From Malacoraja senta (Eukaryota): a stretch of 64,000 nucleotides of DNA. The notes under the pieces are model-generated. The model was not told the DNA's origin, ran no database searches, and saw only the letters and a list, made by a program, of their open reading frames with translations. This document shows positions 49,240 through 62,753 of the stretch, piece after piece. Within the stretch, counting starts at the first letter, position 1, and every line of letters begins with the position of its first letter. The position numbers were made by a program, and so were the translations under genes. The DNA is taken from NCBI GenBank assembly GCA_038087875.1, contig CM075988.1, positions 4,030,001-4,094,000 of the forward strand, read 5' to 3'.

Positions 49240-49586
49240 AATAATAATAATAATGGATTGGATTTATATAGCGCCTTTCTAATACCCAAGGCGCTTTACA
49301 TCGCATTATTCATTCACTCCTCAGTCACACTTGGTGGTGGTGAGCTACATCTGTAGCCACAGCTGCCCTGGGGAAGACTGACGGAAGCGTGGCTGCTAAT
49401 CTACGCCTACGGCCCCTCCGACCACCACCAATCACTCACACGCATTCACACACATTCACACGCAGGCAAAGGTGGGTGAAGTGTCTTGCCCAAGGACACA
49501 ACGACAGTATGCACTCCAAGCGGGATTCGAACCGGCTACCTTCCGGTTGCCAGCCGAACACTTAGCCCATTGCGCCATCTGTCGTC
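49240..49586 (-). mobile_element. tRNA-derived CORE-type SINE with L2 tail, resembling the teleost AFC SINE
   Basis: Pol III boxes (tggcgcaatgg, ggttcgaatcc), gtgtccttgggcaagacactt core, tail aaagcgccttggg...aaaggcgctatataaat(TTA)n, TSD ctaat. Confidence 0.8.
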
Positions 49587-50884
49587 CTAATGTCAGTGGA
49601 GGGGGCAGGACTGATGTCAGTGGAGGGGGCGGGACAAAGATAGACTGTAGGTGGAGATAGTAAGACTGGTGGGAGAACTGGGAAGGGGAAGGGGATGGAG
49701 AGAGAAAGCAAGGGCTATCTGAAGTTAGAGAAGTCAATGTTCACACCGCTGGGGTGTAAACTACCCAAGCGAAATACGAGGTGCTGTTCCTCCAATTTGC
49801 GCTGTTCCTCCATTCTATCTTTGTCCCGCCCCCTCCCCTGACATCAGTCTGAGGAACGATCTCGACCCAAAATGTCGCCCATTCCAGAGATGCTGCCTCA
49901 CCCGCTGAGTTACTCCAGCATTTTGTGTCTTCCTTCGATTTAAACCAGCATCTGCAGTTCTTTCTTACACAGGGTCAATGTACATTTATACAAAGCCAAT
50001 TAAACTACAGACCTGCACGTCTTTGGAGTGTAGGAGGAAACCGAAGATCTCAGAGAAAACCCACGCGGTCACGGGGATAACGTACAAACTCCGTACAGAC
50101 AGCACCCATGGTCAAGATCGAACCCGGGTCTCTGGCGCTGCAAGCGCAGTAAGGCAGCAGCGTTACTGCTGTTCCACCGGGCCACCCCTATGTTGCACTG
50201 TTTCCTATGTTGTTTGGGCTATGGGTATCTGAGCATGGCTCTGGTTCGGGGTGAGCGGAGTGGGGGAGCAAAACTTGCACTCTTACCTATAAGGAATCAG
50301 GATTAAAAGAGAGAGAAACAGCCTTGATCTTGTTCTTGGTTGGCACAATTCCTTAGTGCATCACAAGCTGACACAACATTGGCAGCCTCACACAGTAATT
50401 GAGGTCAGGACCCTGCCTGAATATTCTGTATTTAGTTTTCTAATGCTACTGTATTTTTTCTGGAAAATCAATAGTGCAACTTCCTAATTGTTTGCCTTTA
50501 TGTTCGTTGTGGAGCTGAGGCTCGGGCTGCGAGCTTTTGCCATCGTGGACAAGTTTGCTTTGGAGTAAATACTTGACTGGACTTAATCAAGATTCCAGAT
50601 TCAAGAGAGTTTATTGTCATGTGTCCCAGATAGGACAATAACATTCTTACTTTGCTTCAGCACAACAGAATATAGTAGGCATGACCTTTTTCCATTCTGT
50701 TGTGACAATTTCTCCAGAAGAGCAGCTTCTTGGGCTTCCTCCTCTGTGCATCTGTATCAATTAGTTATTTGTAGGTTATCGCCTCGTGTGGGTAAACGGT
50801 AAACAAAATTAAAGGGCATTTATGAGAGGGCATAGGTAGCGTGGAAATACAGGAGAGGGGAAATGGTTCTCATGGGATTGTTTA

Positions 50885-51810
50885 GGAAGGAACGGATTTA
50901 GGTGCTGGTTTAAACCGAAGATAGACACAGAAAGCTGGAGTAACTTAGTGGGTCAGACAACATCTCTGGAGAGAAGGAACAGGCGATGTTTTGGGTCATG
51001 ACCCTTCCTTAGACTGAGGAATGGAAAACGAGAGATATAGACGGTGATATGGGGAGATATAGAACATAGAAGAAATATATGCAAAAAAGTAATGATAATA
51101 AGGAAACAGGCCATTGTTAGCTGTGGTCTAGGTGCAAGTGAGTTACAGACAATGAGACTCAACAAGACGACTTTGAAGCTTGGGTGGGGGAGGGGGAGGG
51201 AGGGATGGAGAGAGGGGGAGTGCAAGGGTCACTTGAAATTAGAGAAATCAATATCCATACCGCTGGGTTGTAAGCTGACCAAGCGAAATATGAGGTGCTG
51301 TTCCACCAATTTGCATTTGGCCTCACTCTGACAGTAGATGAGATTGGAGGAAGTGCAAGTAAACCTCTGCCTAACCTGAAAGGTATACCTCCTCCAGGGA
51401 CAGTCCAGGGACCCCGACAGTCCTCTCAGGTTAAGCAGAGGTTCACTTGCACCTCCTCCAACCTCATCTACTGTATCTGTTATTCAAGGAGTGGACTCGT
51501 ACATCGGCGAGACCAAACGCAGGATGGGCGCTGAACACCTGTCCTCAGTCCGCCTGGACCTACCTGATCTCCCAGTTGCCAAACACTTCAATTCGTTTCC
51601 TATTCCCACACTGACCTTTCTGTCCTTGGCCTCCTCCATTGTCAGAGTAATTCCCAGCGCAAATTGGAGGACGAGCACCTCATATTTCGCTTGGGCAGCT
51701 TATGTTGATTTCTCCAACTTCAAGTAACCCTTGTATCCCCTCTCCCTCCATTGTACTAATTTCAAAATTGTCTTGTTGAGCCTCATTGTCTGTAACTCGT
51801 TTTCACCTAG
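50885..51810. mobile_element. Two Penelope fragments in opposite orientations
   Basis: Minus-strand 3' end to about 51340, then plus-strand QVKQRFTCTSSNLIYCI...YIGETKR. Confidence 0.8.
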
Positions 51811-51849
51811 ACCATGCAAATCATTCTTCATGTCTTTACATGCAATACT

Positions 51850-52203
51850 GCGGTGTGATACTCAGTAGTGTTGGCACCTGTTTGCAGAAAACACCCTTGA
51901 CCTTCATGTGGCCTCTTGTGGTGATATCCCTTTCCTTGTTTGATGGTGTCTCCATCGGACCTTGGGCCTCTATGTCCAGCAGCGGAAGGATCCTAGACTG
52001 TGGTCCTCCCGCACAGAGCCTTGGTGTTGGCTGCACCGAGCTTCAGTGTGTCCCTCAGCACGTACTCCTGCAGTATGGAGCGGGCCAGACGGCAACATTC
52101 CCCGACAGACATTTCGCTCTGCAACAAGGTCAACAAGTTTGGGGAAGACCGTCAATCACTGAGTTGATGGCCGTCCAGCAGCACTTGATATCCGTCTCTA
52201 ACT
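51850..52203 (-). mobile_element. L1/Tx1-clade LINE 3' fragment
   Basis: Minus-strand EMSVGECCRLARSILQEYVLRDTLKLGAANTKALCGRTTV*. Confidence 0.75.
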
Positions 52204-52204
52204 A

Positions 52205-54040
52205 GTTCAGTTCAGTTCCGTTTATTGTCACGTGAACCGAGGTACAGTGAAAAGCTTTTGTTGCACGCTAACCAGTCAGCACAAAGACAATGCATGGTAA
52301 CAATTGAGCTATTTACAGTGTACAGACACATGATAAGGAAATAATGTTTAGTGCAAAGTAAAGCCAGCAAAGTCCGATCAAAGATAGTTCGAGCGTCATC
52401 AATGAGGTAGATAGTAGTTCAAGACTGCTCTCTGGTTGTAGTAGGATGGTTCAGTTGCCTGATAACAGCTGGGAAAAAACTGTCCCTGAATCTGGAGGTG
52501 TGCGTTTTCACAATTCTGAACCTTTTACCGATGGGAGAGGGGAGAAGAGGGAGTGGCCAGGGTGTGACTTGTCCTTGATTATCCTGCTGCACTTGTCGAG
52601 GCAGCGTTAGGTATAAATGGGGTCAATGGAAGGGAGGTTGGTTTGTGTGATGGTCTGGGCTGTGTCCACAATTTGCTGCAATTTCTTGCATGTTGAGTCT
52701 TGGATGGAGCTGTTCCCAAACCAAGCTGTGATCATCCCATAGAAACATAGAAACATAGAAAATAGGTGCAGGACTAGGCCATTCGGCCCTTCGAGCCTGC
52801 ACCGCCATTCAATATGATCATGGCTGATCATCCAACTCAGTATCCTGTACCTGCCTTCTCTCCATACCCCCTGATCCCTTTAGCCACAAGGGCCACATCT
52901 AACCCCCTCTTAAATATAGCCAATGAACTGGCCTCAACTACCTTCTGTGGCAGTGAATTCCAGAGATTCACCACTCTCTGTGTGAAAAATGTTTTTCTCA
53001 TCTCGGTCCTAAAAGATTTCCCCTTTATCCTTCAACTGTGACCCCTTCCCTAACATCGGGAACAATCTTCCTGCATCTAACCTGTCCAACCCCTTAAGAA
53101 TGTTGTAAGTTTCTATAAGATCCCCCCCTCAATCTTCTAAATTCTAGCCGAGTCTATCCAGTCTTTCTTCATATGAAAGTCCTGACATCCCAGGAATCAG
53201 TCTGATGAACCTTCTCTGTACTCCCTCTATGGCAAGAATGCCCTTCCTCAGATTAGGAGATCAAAACTGTACGCAATACTCCAGGTGTGGTCTCACCAAG
53301 ACCCTGTACAACTGCAGTAGAACCTCCCTGCTCCTATACTCAAATCCTTTTGCTATGAATGCTAACATACCATTCGCTTTCTTCACTGCCTGCTGCACCT
53401 GCATGCCTACTTTCAATGACTGGTGTACCATGACACCCAGGTCTCGTTGCATCTCCCCTTTTCCTAATCGGCCACCATTCAGATAATAGTCTACTTTCCT
53501 GTTTTTGCCACCAAAGTGGATAACCTCACATTTATCCACATTATACTGCAGCTGCCATGGTTTTGCCCACTCACCCAGCCTATCCAAGTCACCTTGCAGC
53601 CTCCTAGCATCTTCCTCACAGCTAACACTGCTCCCCAGCTTCGTGTCATCCGCAAACTTGGAGATGTTGCATTCAATTCCCTCGTCCAAATCATTAATAT
53701 ATATTGTAAATAGCTGGGGTCCCAGCACTGAGCCTTGCGGTACCCCACTAGTCACTGCCTGCCACTCTGAAAAGGACCCGTTTACTCCTACTCTTTGCTT
53801 CCTGTTTGCCAGCCAGTTCTCTATCCAACTATCCCGATAAAATGCTTTCTGTGGTGCATCTGTAGAAGTTGGTGAGAGTTGTTGGGGACATGCCGATCCT
53901 CCTTAGCCTTCAAAGGAAGAAGTGGGGTTGGTGTGCTTTCTTGCTCGTTTCTTCTATATGGGTGGTCCAGGAGAAGTTGTTGGTGATATTGACTCCTAGG
54001 AATTTGAAGTTTTCAACCATCTCTACTTCGGCGCCGTCAA
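52205..54040 (-). mobile_element. Rex1/Babar-like fragment split by CR1
   Basis: Sequence resumes across the CR1; TSD atccc at 52734-52738 and 53831-53835. Confidence 0.85.
52739..53830 (-). mobile_element. CR1 LINE RT to 3' end
   Basis: SGVPQGSVLGP, SKFADDTKL, RPHLEYCVQF; (TTTCTATG)n tail. Confidence 0.94.
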
Positions 54041-54365
54041 GGCAAATAAATATGTCCCTGCGAATACCCCATAAATAATCTCATTCTGTGTTGTAATAAG
54101 CATGAGATGATATGAATTTTCATGGAAAAACAGGTTTCTTTTGCACTCTAAAATGATGGCAGAGCAGACACCACAGATCCATGTTTATTGTGTGTCATTG
54201 GCTCTGTTGTCCCTGGCAGTTGTTGAAAGTCACATTCTAAAAAACCCTCCAGGACAAAGATAACAGTTACTGCAGAATATCCTGGAGTCGTAGATTCACA
54301 CAGAACAGAAACAGGCCCCTTTGTCCCAACACGTCTATGCCAACCAGGTTTTATAGCTGAACTAA

Positions 54366-54610
54366 GGTAGACGAAAATGCTGGAGAAACTCAGCGGGTGC
54401 AGCAGCATCTATGGAGCGAAGGAAATAGGCAACGTTTCAGGCCGAAACCCTGAAGGAAATAGGCAACGTTTCGGGCCGAAACCCTTCAAGGGTTTCGTCC
54501 CGAAACGTTGCCTATTTCCTTCGCTCCATAGATGCTGCTGCACCCGCTGAGTTTCTCCAGCATTTTTGTCTACCTTCGATTTTCCAGCATTGCAGTTCCT
54601 TCTTAAACAC
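54366..54610. mobile_element. Penelope pLTR fold-back cassette inserted as one unit
   Basis: 16-bp TSD ttta(t/c)agctgaactaa at 54350-54365 and 54611-54626; inversion at cccttcaaggg. Confidence 0.88.
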
Positions 54611-57600
54611 TTTACAGCTGAACTAATCCTGATCAACAAGCTCATCAGGAAGGCTGACTCCGTCCTGGGAGTGGAGTTGGATTCAAGGGAGGCGGAGTGG
54701 ACCGACTCCCGTCTCCCAATCTTTGCACATCCACAATCGTCGACTTTCCACTCGTCACTTTCATTTTCATGTTTTACGTATCTTGTTGCGTTGGCAGACC
54801 AATTTCTCACCTGGGATAAATAAAGTTCTGTCGTATTGTATTGTGTCATTTCGTATTTTCCTGCATTTGGCCCAAATTTCCTGGGACCTTCCCTCTCCAT
54901 GTCCCTGTCTGGACGTATTTGAAAGGTCACCCATTGTACCTGTCCACACAGCTTCCTCTGGCACTGGGATCCACATGCACGCCACACCCACTGTGTGAAA
55001 ATCTTCCTCTCAGGTCACTTTTAAATCTTCCCCTTCTCACCTTAAACCTATTCCCTCTCGTTCTAGGTGCCTCAACCCTGACAACAAGACTGTGGCCTTT
55101 CACCTTGTCTATGCCTCTCGTGGTTTTGCGCACTTCTATAAGGTCACCCCTCAGGCTCCTACACCTCAGTGAGGAAAGGCCCAGCCACTACTTGTAACTC
55201 AAGCCCTCTCTGCTACCTTACACCAAGACAGGAGCTTGCAGGCATGAAAGTGAAAAGGCAAAACCATATTTAATTCTACAGCGTCTTTGATAACCTGCAT
55301 GGCACTGCTTTCTATACCCTAGAGTCATAGAATCATTCAGCAGAGGCACAAGCCCTTTGGCTCAACTCATCCATACCAAACAGATCATTTAGTTGAACAA
55401 TTCCCATTTGCCAGCACTTGGCCTATAATCCCACTTGACCTTTCCAAGACGTTTTCAAAGCAGGAAAGTACTGCTGGAATGTAGTCACTGACATGTAGGA
55501 AACACAGAACAGGATTTGAGCTGGAAATTTTGCAAACAACCAAAAGTGCTGGAGTAACTCAACGAGTTAGGAATAGATGAGGTCGATGCACAGAGTCTCT
55601 TGCCAGAGTAGTGGAATCGAGGACCAGAGGACATGGGTTCAAGGTGAAGGGGAAAAGATGTAATAGGAATCTGAGGGGTAAATCGTTCACACAAAGGGTG
55701 GTGGGTGTATGGAACAAGCTGCCAGAGGAGGTAGTTAGGACTGGGGCTATCCCAATATTTGAGAAACAGTTAGACAGGTACATGGATAGGACAGGTTTGG
55801 AGGGATATGGACCAAGCCCAGGCAGGTGGGACTAGTATAGCCGAGACATATTGGCCGGTATGGGCAAGTTGGGCCGAAGGGCCTATTTCCACACTGTATC
55901 ACTCTATAGGTCAGGAATCATTTCTGGAGGACTTGGATAGGTGGCATTTCAGGTTGGAACCCTTCTTCAGACTGATTATAGAGGGAAGAAAGCTGGAAAA
56001 GAGGCAGGATAAAGCTTGTGAAAGGTGGAAGGGACACAACAAACTGGAGTAACTCAGTGGGTCAGACAGCATCTCTGGAGAGAAGGAATAGGTGACGTTT
56101 CGGGTTGAGACCCTCCTCAGACCCTACACACGTGATAGTTGGTTACGGTAAGGGGGATTTTGATTGGTGGATGGGTGGACAGCTGGAAAAGAAAAAGGTA
56201 CAAAAGGCGATAAAAAAGCCACAAAAGTGGAGACAACGATGTCAGATTAATTGCTGTCTGTATAAAATAATGTCCCTAATGAGCAAGGAGTGGATGTGAA
56301 AGTGGGATAACATAGAACTGGTGTATACACTCGGTGGACTGAAGGGCCTGTTTTCATGCTCTAAATATAAGGAGAGAAGAGGAGTGAAATGTAAAGGCAG
56401 TTTAGACTTTTAGACTTTAAAGATACAGCGCAGAAACAGGCCCTCTCCGGCCCACTGAGTCCGCGCCGACCAGCGATCATCCCATGCACTTGCACTAGTG
56501 TGACCCACTAGGCACAGTTTACAACTTACAGAAGCCAATTAACCTGCACCGTACAAAATGTTTTAGTGTAGTTTAGAGATACAACATGGAAACAGGCCCT
56601 TCGGCCCACTTAGTCCGCGCCGAACAGCGATCCCCGCACCCTAACACTACCCTACACACACTAGTGACAATTTACATTGATACCAAGCCAATTAACCTAC
56701 AAACCTGGACGTCTTTGTAGTGTGGGAGGAAACCAGAGCACCCGGAGAAAACCCAGGCGGTCACGGGGACAACATACAAGCTCCGTAGAGATCATAATCA
56801 GGATTGAACCCGGGTCTCTGTCGCTGTAAGGCAGCTACCTTCCCGCTGCGCCAATCGTGCTGTCAGTGTTCTGACCATTGACATGATAATCCTTTTAGAT
56901 GCTGGTTTACACCGAAGATAGACACAAAATGCTGGAGTAACTCAAGGGGACAGGCAGCATCTCTGGAGAGAAGGAATAGGTGACCCTTGAAGTCTGGGTG
57001 GCATGGAGGCACAGCGGTAGATTTGCTGCCTTACAGCGGCAGAGACCTGGGTTCGATCCTGACCATCGGTGTTGTATGGAGTTTGTACGTTCTGTATGGA
57101 GTTTGTCCGTTCTCCCTGTGACCACGTGGGTTTCCTCCTGGTGTTCCAATTTCCTCCCACACTCCAAAGATGTACAGGTTTGTAAGTTAATTGGCTTTGT
57201 ATCAATGTAAATTATCACTAGTGTGTGTAGGGTAGTGTTAATGTGCAGGGATCACTGGTCGGCGCGGACTCGGTGGGGCGAAGGGCCTGTTTCTGTGCTG
57301 TATCTTGAAACTAATCTCAAACATTTATCCGTTGATTCCATTTACAGAGCTGCCCGTGAAAGAGGGACAACATCCCTTTTTCGTGACAGGTATCAGCTTG
57401 ACCTCATTGAGTCATAGAGTGATACAGCATGGAAACAGGCCCTTCAACCCAACTTGCCCACACTGGCCAACATGTCCCAGCTACACTAGTCCCACCTGCC
57501 TGCATTTGGTCCACATCCCTCCAAACCTGTCCTATCCATGTACCTGTATCATTGTTTCTTAAATGTCGGGATAGTCCCTGCCTCAACTATCTCCTCTAGC

Positions 57601-59440
57601 AGCTTGTTCCATACACCCACCACCCTTTGTGTGAAAAAGTTACCCCTCAGATCTTTTCCCCTTCACCTTAAACCTATGTCCGCTCATGCTCGATTCACCT
57701 ACTCTGGACAAGAGACTACCCGATCTATTCCTCTCATGATTTTATACACCTCCATAAGATCACCCCTCATTCTCCTGTGCTCCAAGGAATAGAGTCCCAG
57801 CTTGCTCAACCTCCCCCTATAGCTCAGACCCTCTAGTCCTGGCAACATCCTTGTGAACTTTCTCTGTAACCTTTCCAGCTTGACAACATCTTTCCTATAA
57901 CATGGTGCCCAGAAGCTCATGAACGTTCTTCTCTTTTCAGGCATTCCCTCGGGATTGAGAGTGACTTACTCCCACTCTGGGTTTGTGGGGACTGAGGTGA
58001 CTGATGAGGCCAACATGGGAAACCGCAGGCTCTTCCGCAGATGGGGTAGGAACTGCCTGGCGGGGCATGTGGCTAGTTTGTCAGCTGTTGTGCTACTTCC
58101 ACTGCTTACACAGGGCCGTGTTAAAGTAAACTTTGAAACACACCACGAGTTTCGTTTAGTTTAGAGATGCAGCGCGGAAACAGGCCTTTTTGGCCACAGA
58201 GTCCGCGCCGACCAGCGATCACCCCGTACACTAGCATTACCCTACACACACAGGGGAAAATACAGAAGCTAATTAACCTACAAGCCTGTACGTCTTTGGA
58301 GTGTGGGAGGAAACCGGCGCTCCCAGAGAAAACCCACGTGGTACGGGGAGAACGTACAAACTCTGTACAGACAGCAAGCGTAGTCAGGATTGAACCCGAA
58401 CTCTACCTCAGTGATACCATGCCACTCACAAAGATCGGCCAAGGCAATCAAGACTTTATTTAAGAGCATCAAATACAATAACCGATGGGAACAAAGATTC
58501 ATGTGATCTTTAGATACAAAGTCTCCCTTTGATGTGTTATTTAGCACTGCAGTAAAAAGCTTATGTTCCTTCTTCAGAATGGTTTTACTGTATATGGGTA
58601 ATAACAGCACCTCACATTTCGCTTGGGCAGCTTACAACCCAGCGGTACGACTCTTGATTTCTCTCATTTCAAGTAACCCTTGCATCCCCTCTTTCTTCAT
58701 CCCTCCCCCACCTTCGACATCCTGCTAGTGTCACTGTTCGTATCCCCTCATCACCACCACCTCCACAGCCAACAACGGACCAACATGGGCTCTGTGGCCA
58801 TCCGTGCCGGCTTCGATTCTGTACCTTTTCATACCTCACGTTTCTCTCTCCCCTGACTCTCAGTCTGAGAAGGGTCTCACCCCAAATGTCATCTATTCCT
58901 TTTCTCCAAAGATGCTGCCTGACCTGTTGAGTTACCCCAGTCTATCTTTGATGTAAACCAACATCTGCAGTTATAAATCTTGCATCTCCGACAGACACTA
59001 GAGCAACAACCTCAGCTTAATAATCCCTAAGGCAGCTAAACCTATGTCCTGTTACCCGTTCAACCTCATTTTATTTTTACCATAGCCATTTGTTCGACTA
59101 CAGCCTAGTAGTGTACTCCCAATATATTGCATCAAGGCTCCCAAACTCACCCCGAACGCTCCTCCTCCATCTGGACGTCAGATGTTCCCATGGGTCAGGG
59201 AGTTCACTGTCTTTCTTCGAGGTGGCTTGGAGCACACTCTTCAATCTATTCCTTTGTCCAATTGGTCATCTCCTCTCATGGCCAGGCTTGGAGCAGAGTG
59301 TTTATTTCAAGAAAACCAAGAGTCAAGTGTTTTGTCATATGTCCCAGATAGAGCAATGGCATTCTTACTTGCAACAGCACAACACAATATGTATATATAT
59401 ATATATATATGTAGTTCAGAGCTTATTTGGAGGTTGAGGT

Positions 59441-59524
59441 GTTTAATAGCCTAATGGTTGAAGGGAAGAAGCTGTTCCTGATGGTTTAATAGCCTAATGG
59501 TTGAAGGGAAGAAGCTGTTCCTGA
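59441..59524. repeat. Perfect 41-bp direct duplication (43-bp period)
   Basis: gtttaatagcctaatggttgaagggaagaagctgttcctga occurs twice. Confidence 0.92.
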
Positions 59525-59774
59525 ACCTGAACGTTACAGTTTTCAGGCTCCTGTACCTTCTTCCTCATGGTCAGGGATAAATGTGTGTGTGGCCAGGGTG
59601 GTGTGGGTCTCTGATTATGCTGGCCACCTTTTTTAGGTAGCGACTCTGGTAAACCCCTTCGATGGTGGGGAGGTCAGAGCCGGTGATGGACTGTGCAGTG
59701 GTCACAATTGCCCAGATGTGGGCAGTTGTAGAGAGTTAACACAAAAAGGGCAGTCCAATAATGTCAGGGAGTGT

Positions 59775-59955
59775 TGTGTGTAGGAAGGAACTTCAGATGC
59801 TGGTCTAAACCGAAGATAGTCACAAAAAGCTGGAGTAACTCAGCGGATGAGACAGCATCTCTGGAGAAAAGGAATAGGTGACGTTTCGGGTCAAGACCAG
59901 TCTGAAGAAGGGTCTCGACCCGAAACATCACCTATTCCTTTTCTCCAGAGATGAT
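59775..59955. mobile_element. Penelope pLTR fold-back cassette
   Basis: Inversion at caagaccagtctgaagaagggtctcgacccgaaac; similar cassette at 61880-62110. Confidence 0.8.
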
Positions 59956-59964
59956 ACCCAACCC

Positions 59965-60495
59965 ATAGAAACATAGAAACATAGAAAACAACTGCCGTTC
60001 GACCCTTCAAGCCAGCATCACCATTCAATATGATCATGGCTGATCATCCAAAATCAGTACCCCATTCCTGCTATCTCCCCCATATCCCTTGATTCCGTTA
60101 GCCCTCAGAACCATATCTAACTCTCTTGAAATCATCCAGTGAATTGGCCTCCACTGCCTTCTGTGGCAGAGAATTCCACAGATTCACAACTCTCTGGGAG
60201 AAAAGGTTTATCCTCATCTCAGTCCTAAATGGCCTACCCCTTATTCTTAAACTTTGACCCCAGGTTCTGGACTCCCACAACATTGGGAAAAAATTTCCTG
60301 CATTTAGCCCGTCCAATCCCTAAGAATTTTATATGTTTCTATAAGATCTCCTCTCATCCTTCTAAATTCCAGTGAATATAAGCTGAGTTGACCCATTCTT
60401 TCATCATGTCTGTCCCGCTATCCCGGGAATTAACCTGGTGAACCTACGCTGCACTCCCTAAATAGCAAGAATGTCCTTCCTCAAATTAGGAGACC
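59965..60495 (-). mobile_element. CR1 3' fragment
   Basis: FSQRVVNLWNSLPQKAVEA; (TTTCTATG)n tail. Confidence 0.88.
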
Positions 60496-62753
60496 AGCTT
60501 GTGTGTCTATCAGGGAGTGCTATGCATTGGTGGATGTCTGTCGAGCTCCACACTCATGTTAACCTCTGGCTAATGACAGAAATGGAAAGAGATGCTACAA
60601 TTAATTTGGCTAGAGTCATCGAGTCATTGTCATCCAGTGTGGAAACAGGCCCTTCGCCCCAACTTGCCAATGCTGACCAACATGTCCCATCTACCATGGT
60701 CCCACCTGTCTGCTTTTGGTCCATATCCCTCTGAATTTATCCTATCCATATACCTGTCCAAATGTTTCTAACACATTCATTACTCTAATGAATCACAATG
60801 ACTTTGTCATCCGAAGGTAATATGTGGAGACTGTGATTTGGCTTCCCCCTCCCCACTCTATTGTAAGTCAAGTCCTCCTTGTTCCCTTCTGACACGACAG
60901 GGACATATGGCCATGAGACTGGCACATGTAACTGTTGTGAGAAAAGTGTGGCCTTCTTTCAACAACTATGTTTATTCAGGTAGAGGTTATATTGTTGTAA
61001 GGTGCTCCAAAATGCTCCATGCAATGTCCTTCGGGTCAAACCTAACACTCAGCCACAGAAGGAGTTATTACCTCAGCACTATCCAAGCTTGGGCTAAGTG
61101 GTGAGTGTGAAGAGTGTCTTAGAAAGTGGAGAATTGTCAACAAGCAGGGAGGACACAATGGGTCAGAGTTGAGACAGTGGAAGGCATGGATTCCAACAGT
61201 GAGGTGAAGCGGATAGAGGCAGGCAAATGAGACTTGAATTGGAGGAATATCGTACGATTCAAACAGGTTACAAAGATATAGAAGAGCAAAAGCAAGGAAG
61301 CATTTTATGAATCAAATCAAATGAGGACATTTACTTTAGACTGTCAACTTTAGGAATACAGTGCGGAAACAAGCCCTTCGGCCTTTCGAGTCCGTGCTGA
61401 CCAGTGATCCACTAACACTATCGTACATACTCGGGACAATCTTCACAATTTTTTTTTTACCAAAGCCAATTAACCTACATACCTGCAGGGCAACATACAC
61501 GTAAATGATCGGTGATTTGATTATGGTTTCTATGACAAGGCACAGCTGACAGACCTGCTGCCTCACAGCGCCAGAGCCCCGGGTTCGATCCTGACTATGA
61601 GTGCTGTCTGTGCAGAGTTTGTATGTTATCCCAGTGACCGCGTGGGTTTTCTCCGGGTGCTCTGGTTTCCTCCCGCACCTCAAACAGGCTTTGTAGGGTA
61701 ATTTGCTTTTGTAAATTGCTCATGATGTGTAGAATGTTGACGCAAAAGTGAGATAACAAAGAACTAGTGTGCAGATGATCAATAGTCGGCGTGGATTCAG
61801 TGGACCCGTTTCCACACTGTATCTCTAAACTCCGAACCCTAAATTACATCTATCAGAAATTATCAGGATTGGATTGAATGTGTAGGAAGGAACTGCAGAT
61901 GCTGGTTTAAACCGAAGATAGACACGAAAAGCTGGAGTTACTCAGCGGGTCAGACAGCATCTCTGGAGAAAAGGAATGGGTGACGTTTTGGGCCGAGACA
62001 TTTCTCCAGACTTCAGACTGAAGATGGGTCTCAACCCAATACGTCACCTACTCCTTCTCTCCAGAGATGCTGTCTGACCCGTTGAGTTACTCCAGCTTCT
62101 TGTGTCCATCTGGGGTTAGATAGAGGTGTGTAACATGGAGAGGTTTAAAACAGAGAAAAAGAACAAAGACAAAAACAACACGGTCACATCCTTACATCCT
62201 CTTGGGGACCACACCGTCCCGCGCCAACAATTGGCCTATCAGGGAACCCCGCTGCCCGAGGTCATCTGTTGCCGGCCCTGATTTGTCCTGGTCATTCCTT
62301 GCTTCCAATTTCCCCACCCCCACAATAAGTCTGAAGAAGGGTCTCGACCTGAAACATTCACCCCTCCATGTTCTCCAAAGATACTGCCGGCCCCGCTGAG
62401 TTACTTCAGCATTCTGTGTCTATCTTTGGTAAAACCCAGCATCTGCATGTCATTTGTATTACAGGTGCATTCTTTCAGTGCAAAACAATATTACAGTCGG
62501 TTTCTGGAGCTGAGTGAATGTAGAATCGATTATTCCGATCTCTCAGAATGCAAACACATTTCAGTAACCGATATTTGAAAAGTTTGTGTTTGCCCTGACT
62601 AATTTTATTCATAACCTATCCATCAAGGTAATATAAGAGCTCTTCTCGTTCTGCTGAATTGCATATTTCATTTAAGAAATGCTTTGTCATTCCAGCCATC
62701 TCGAACACAGTTACATGTAATTCTTCAGATAAATGAGAGAAATCGATGCGTAA

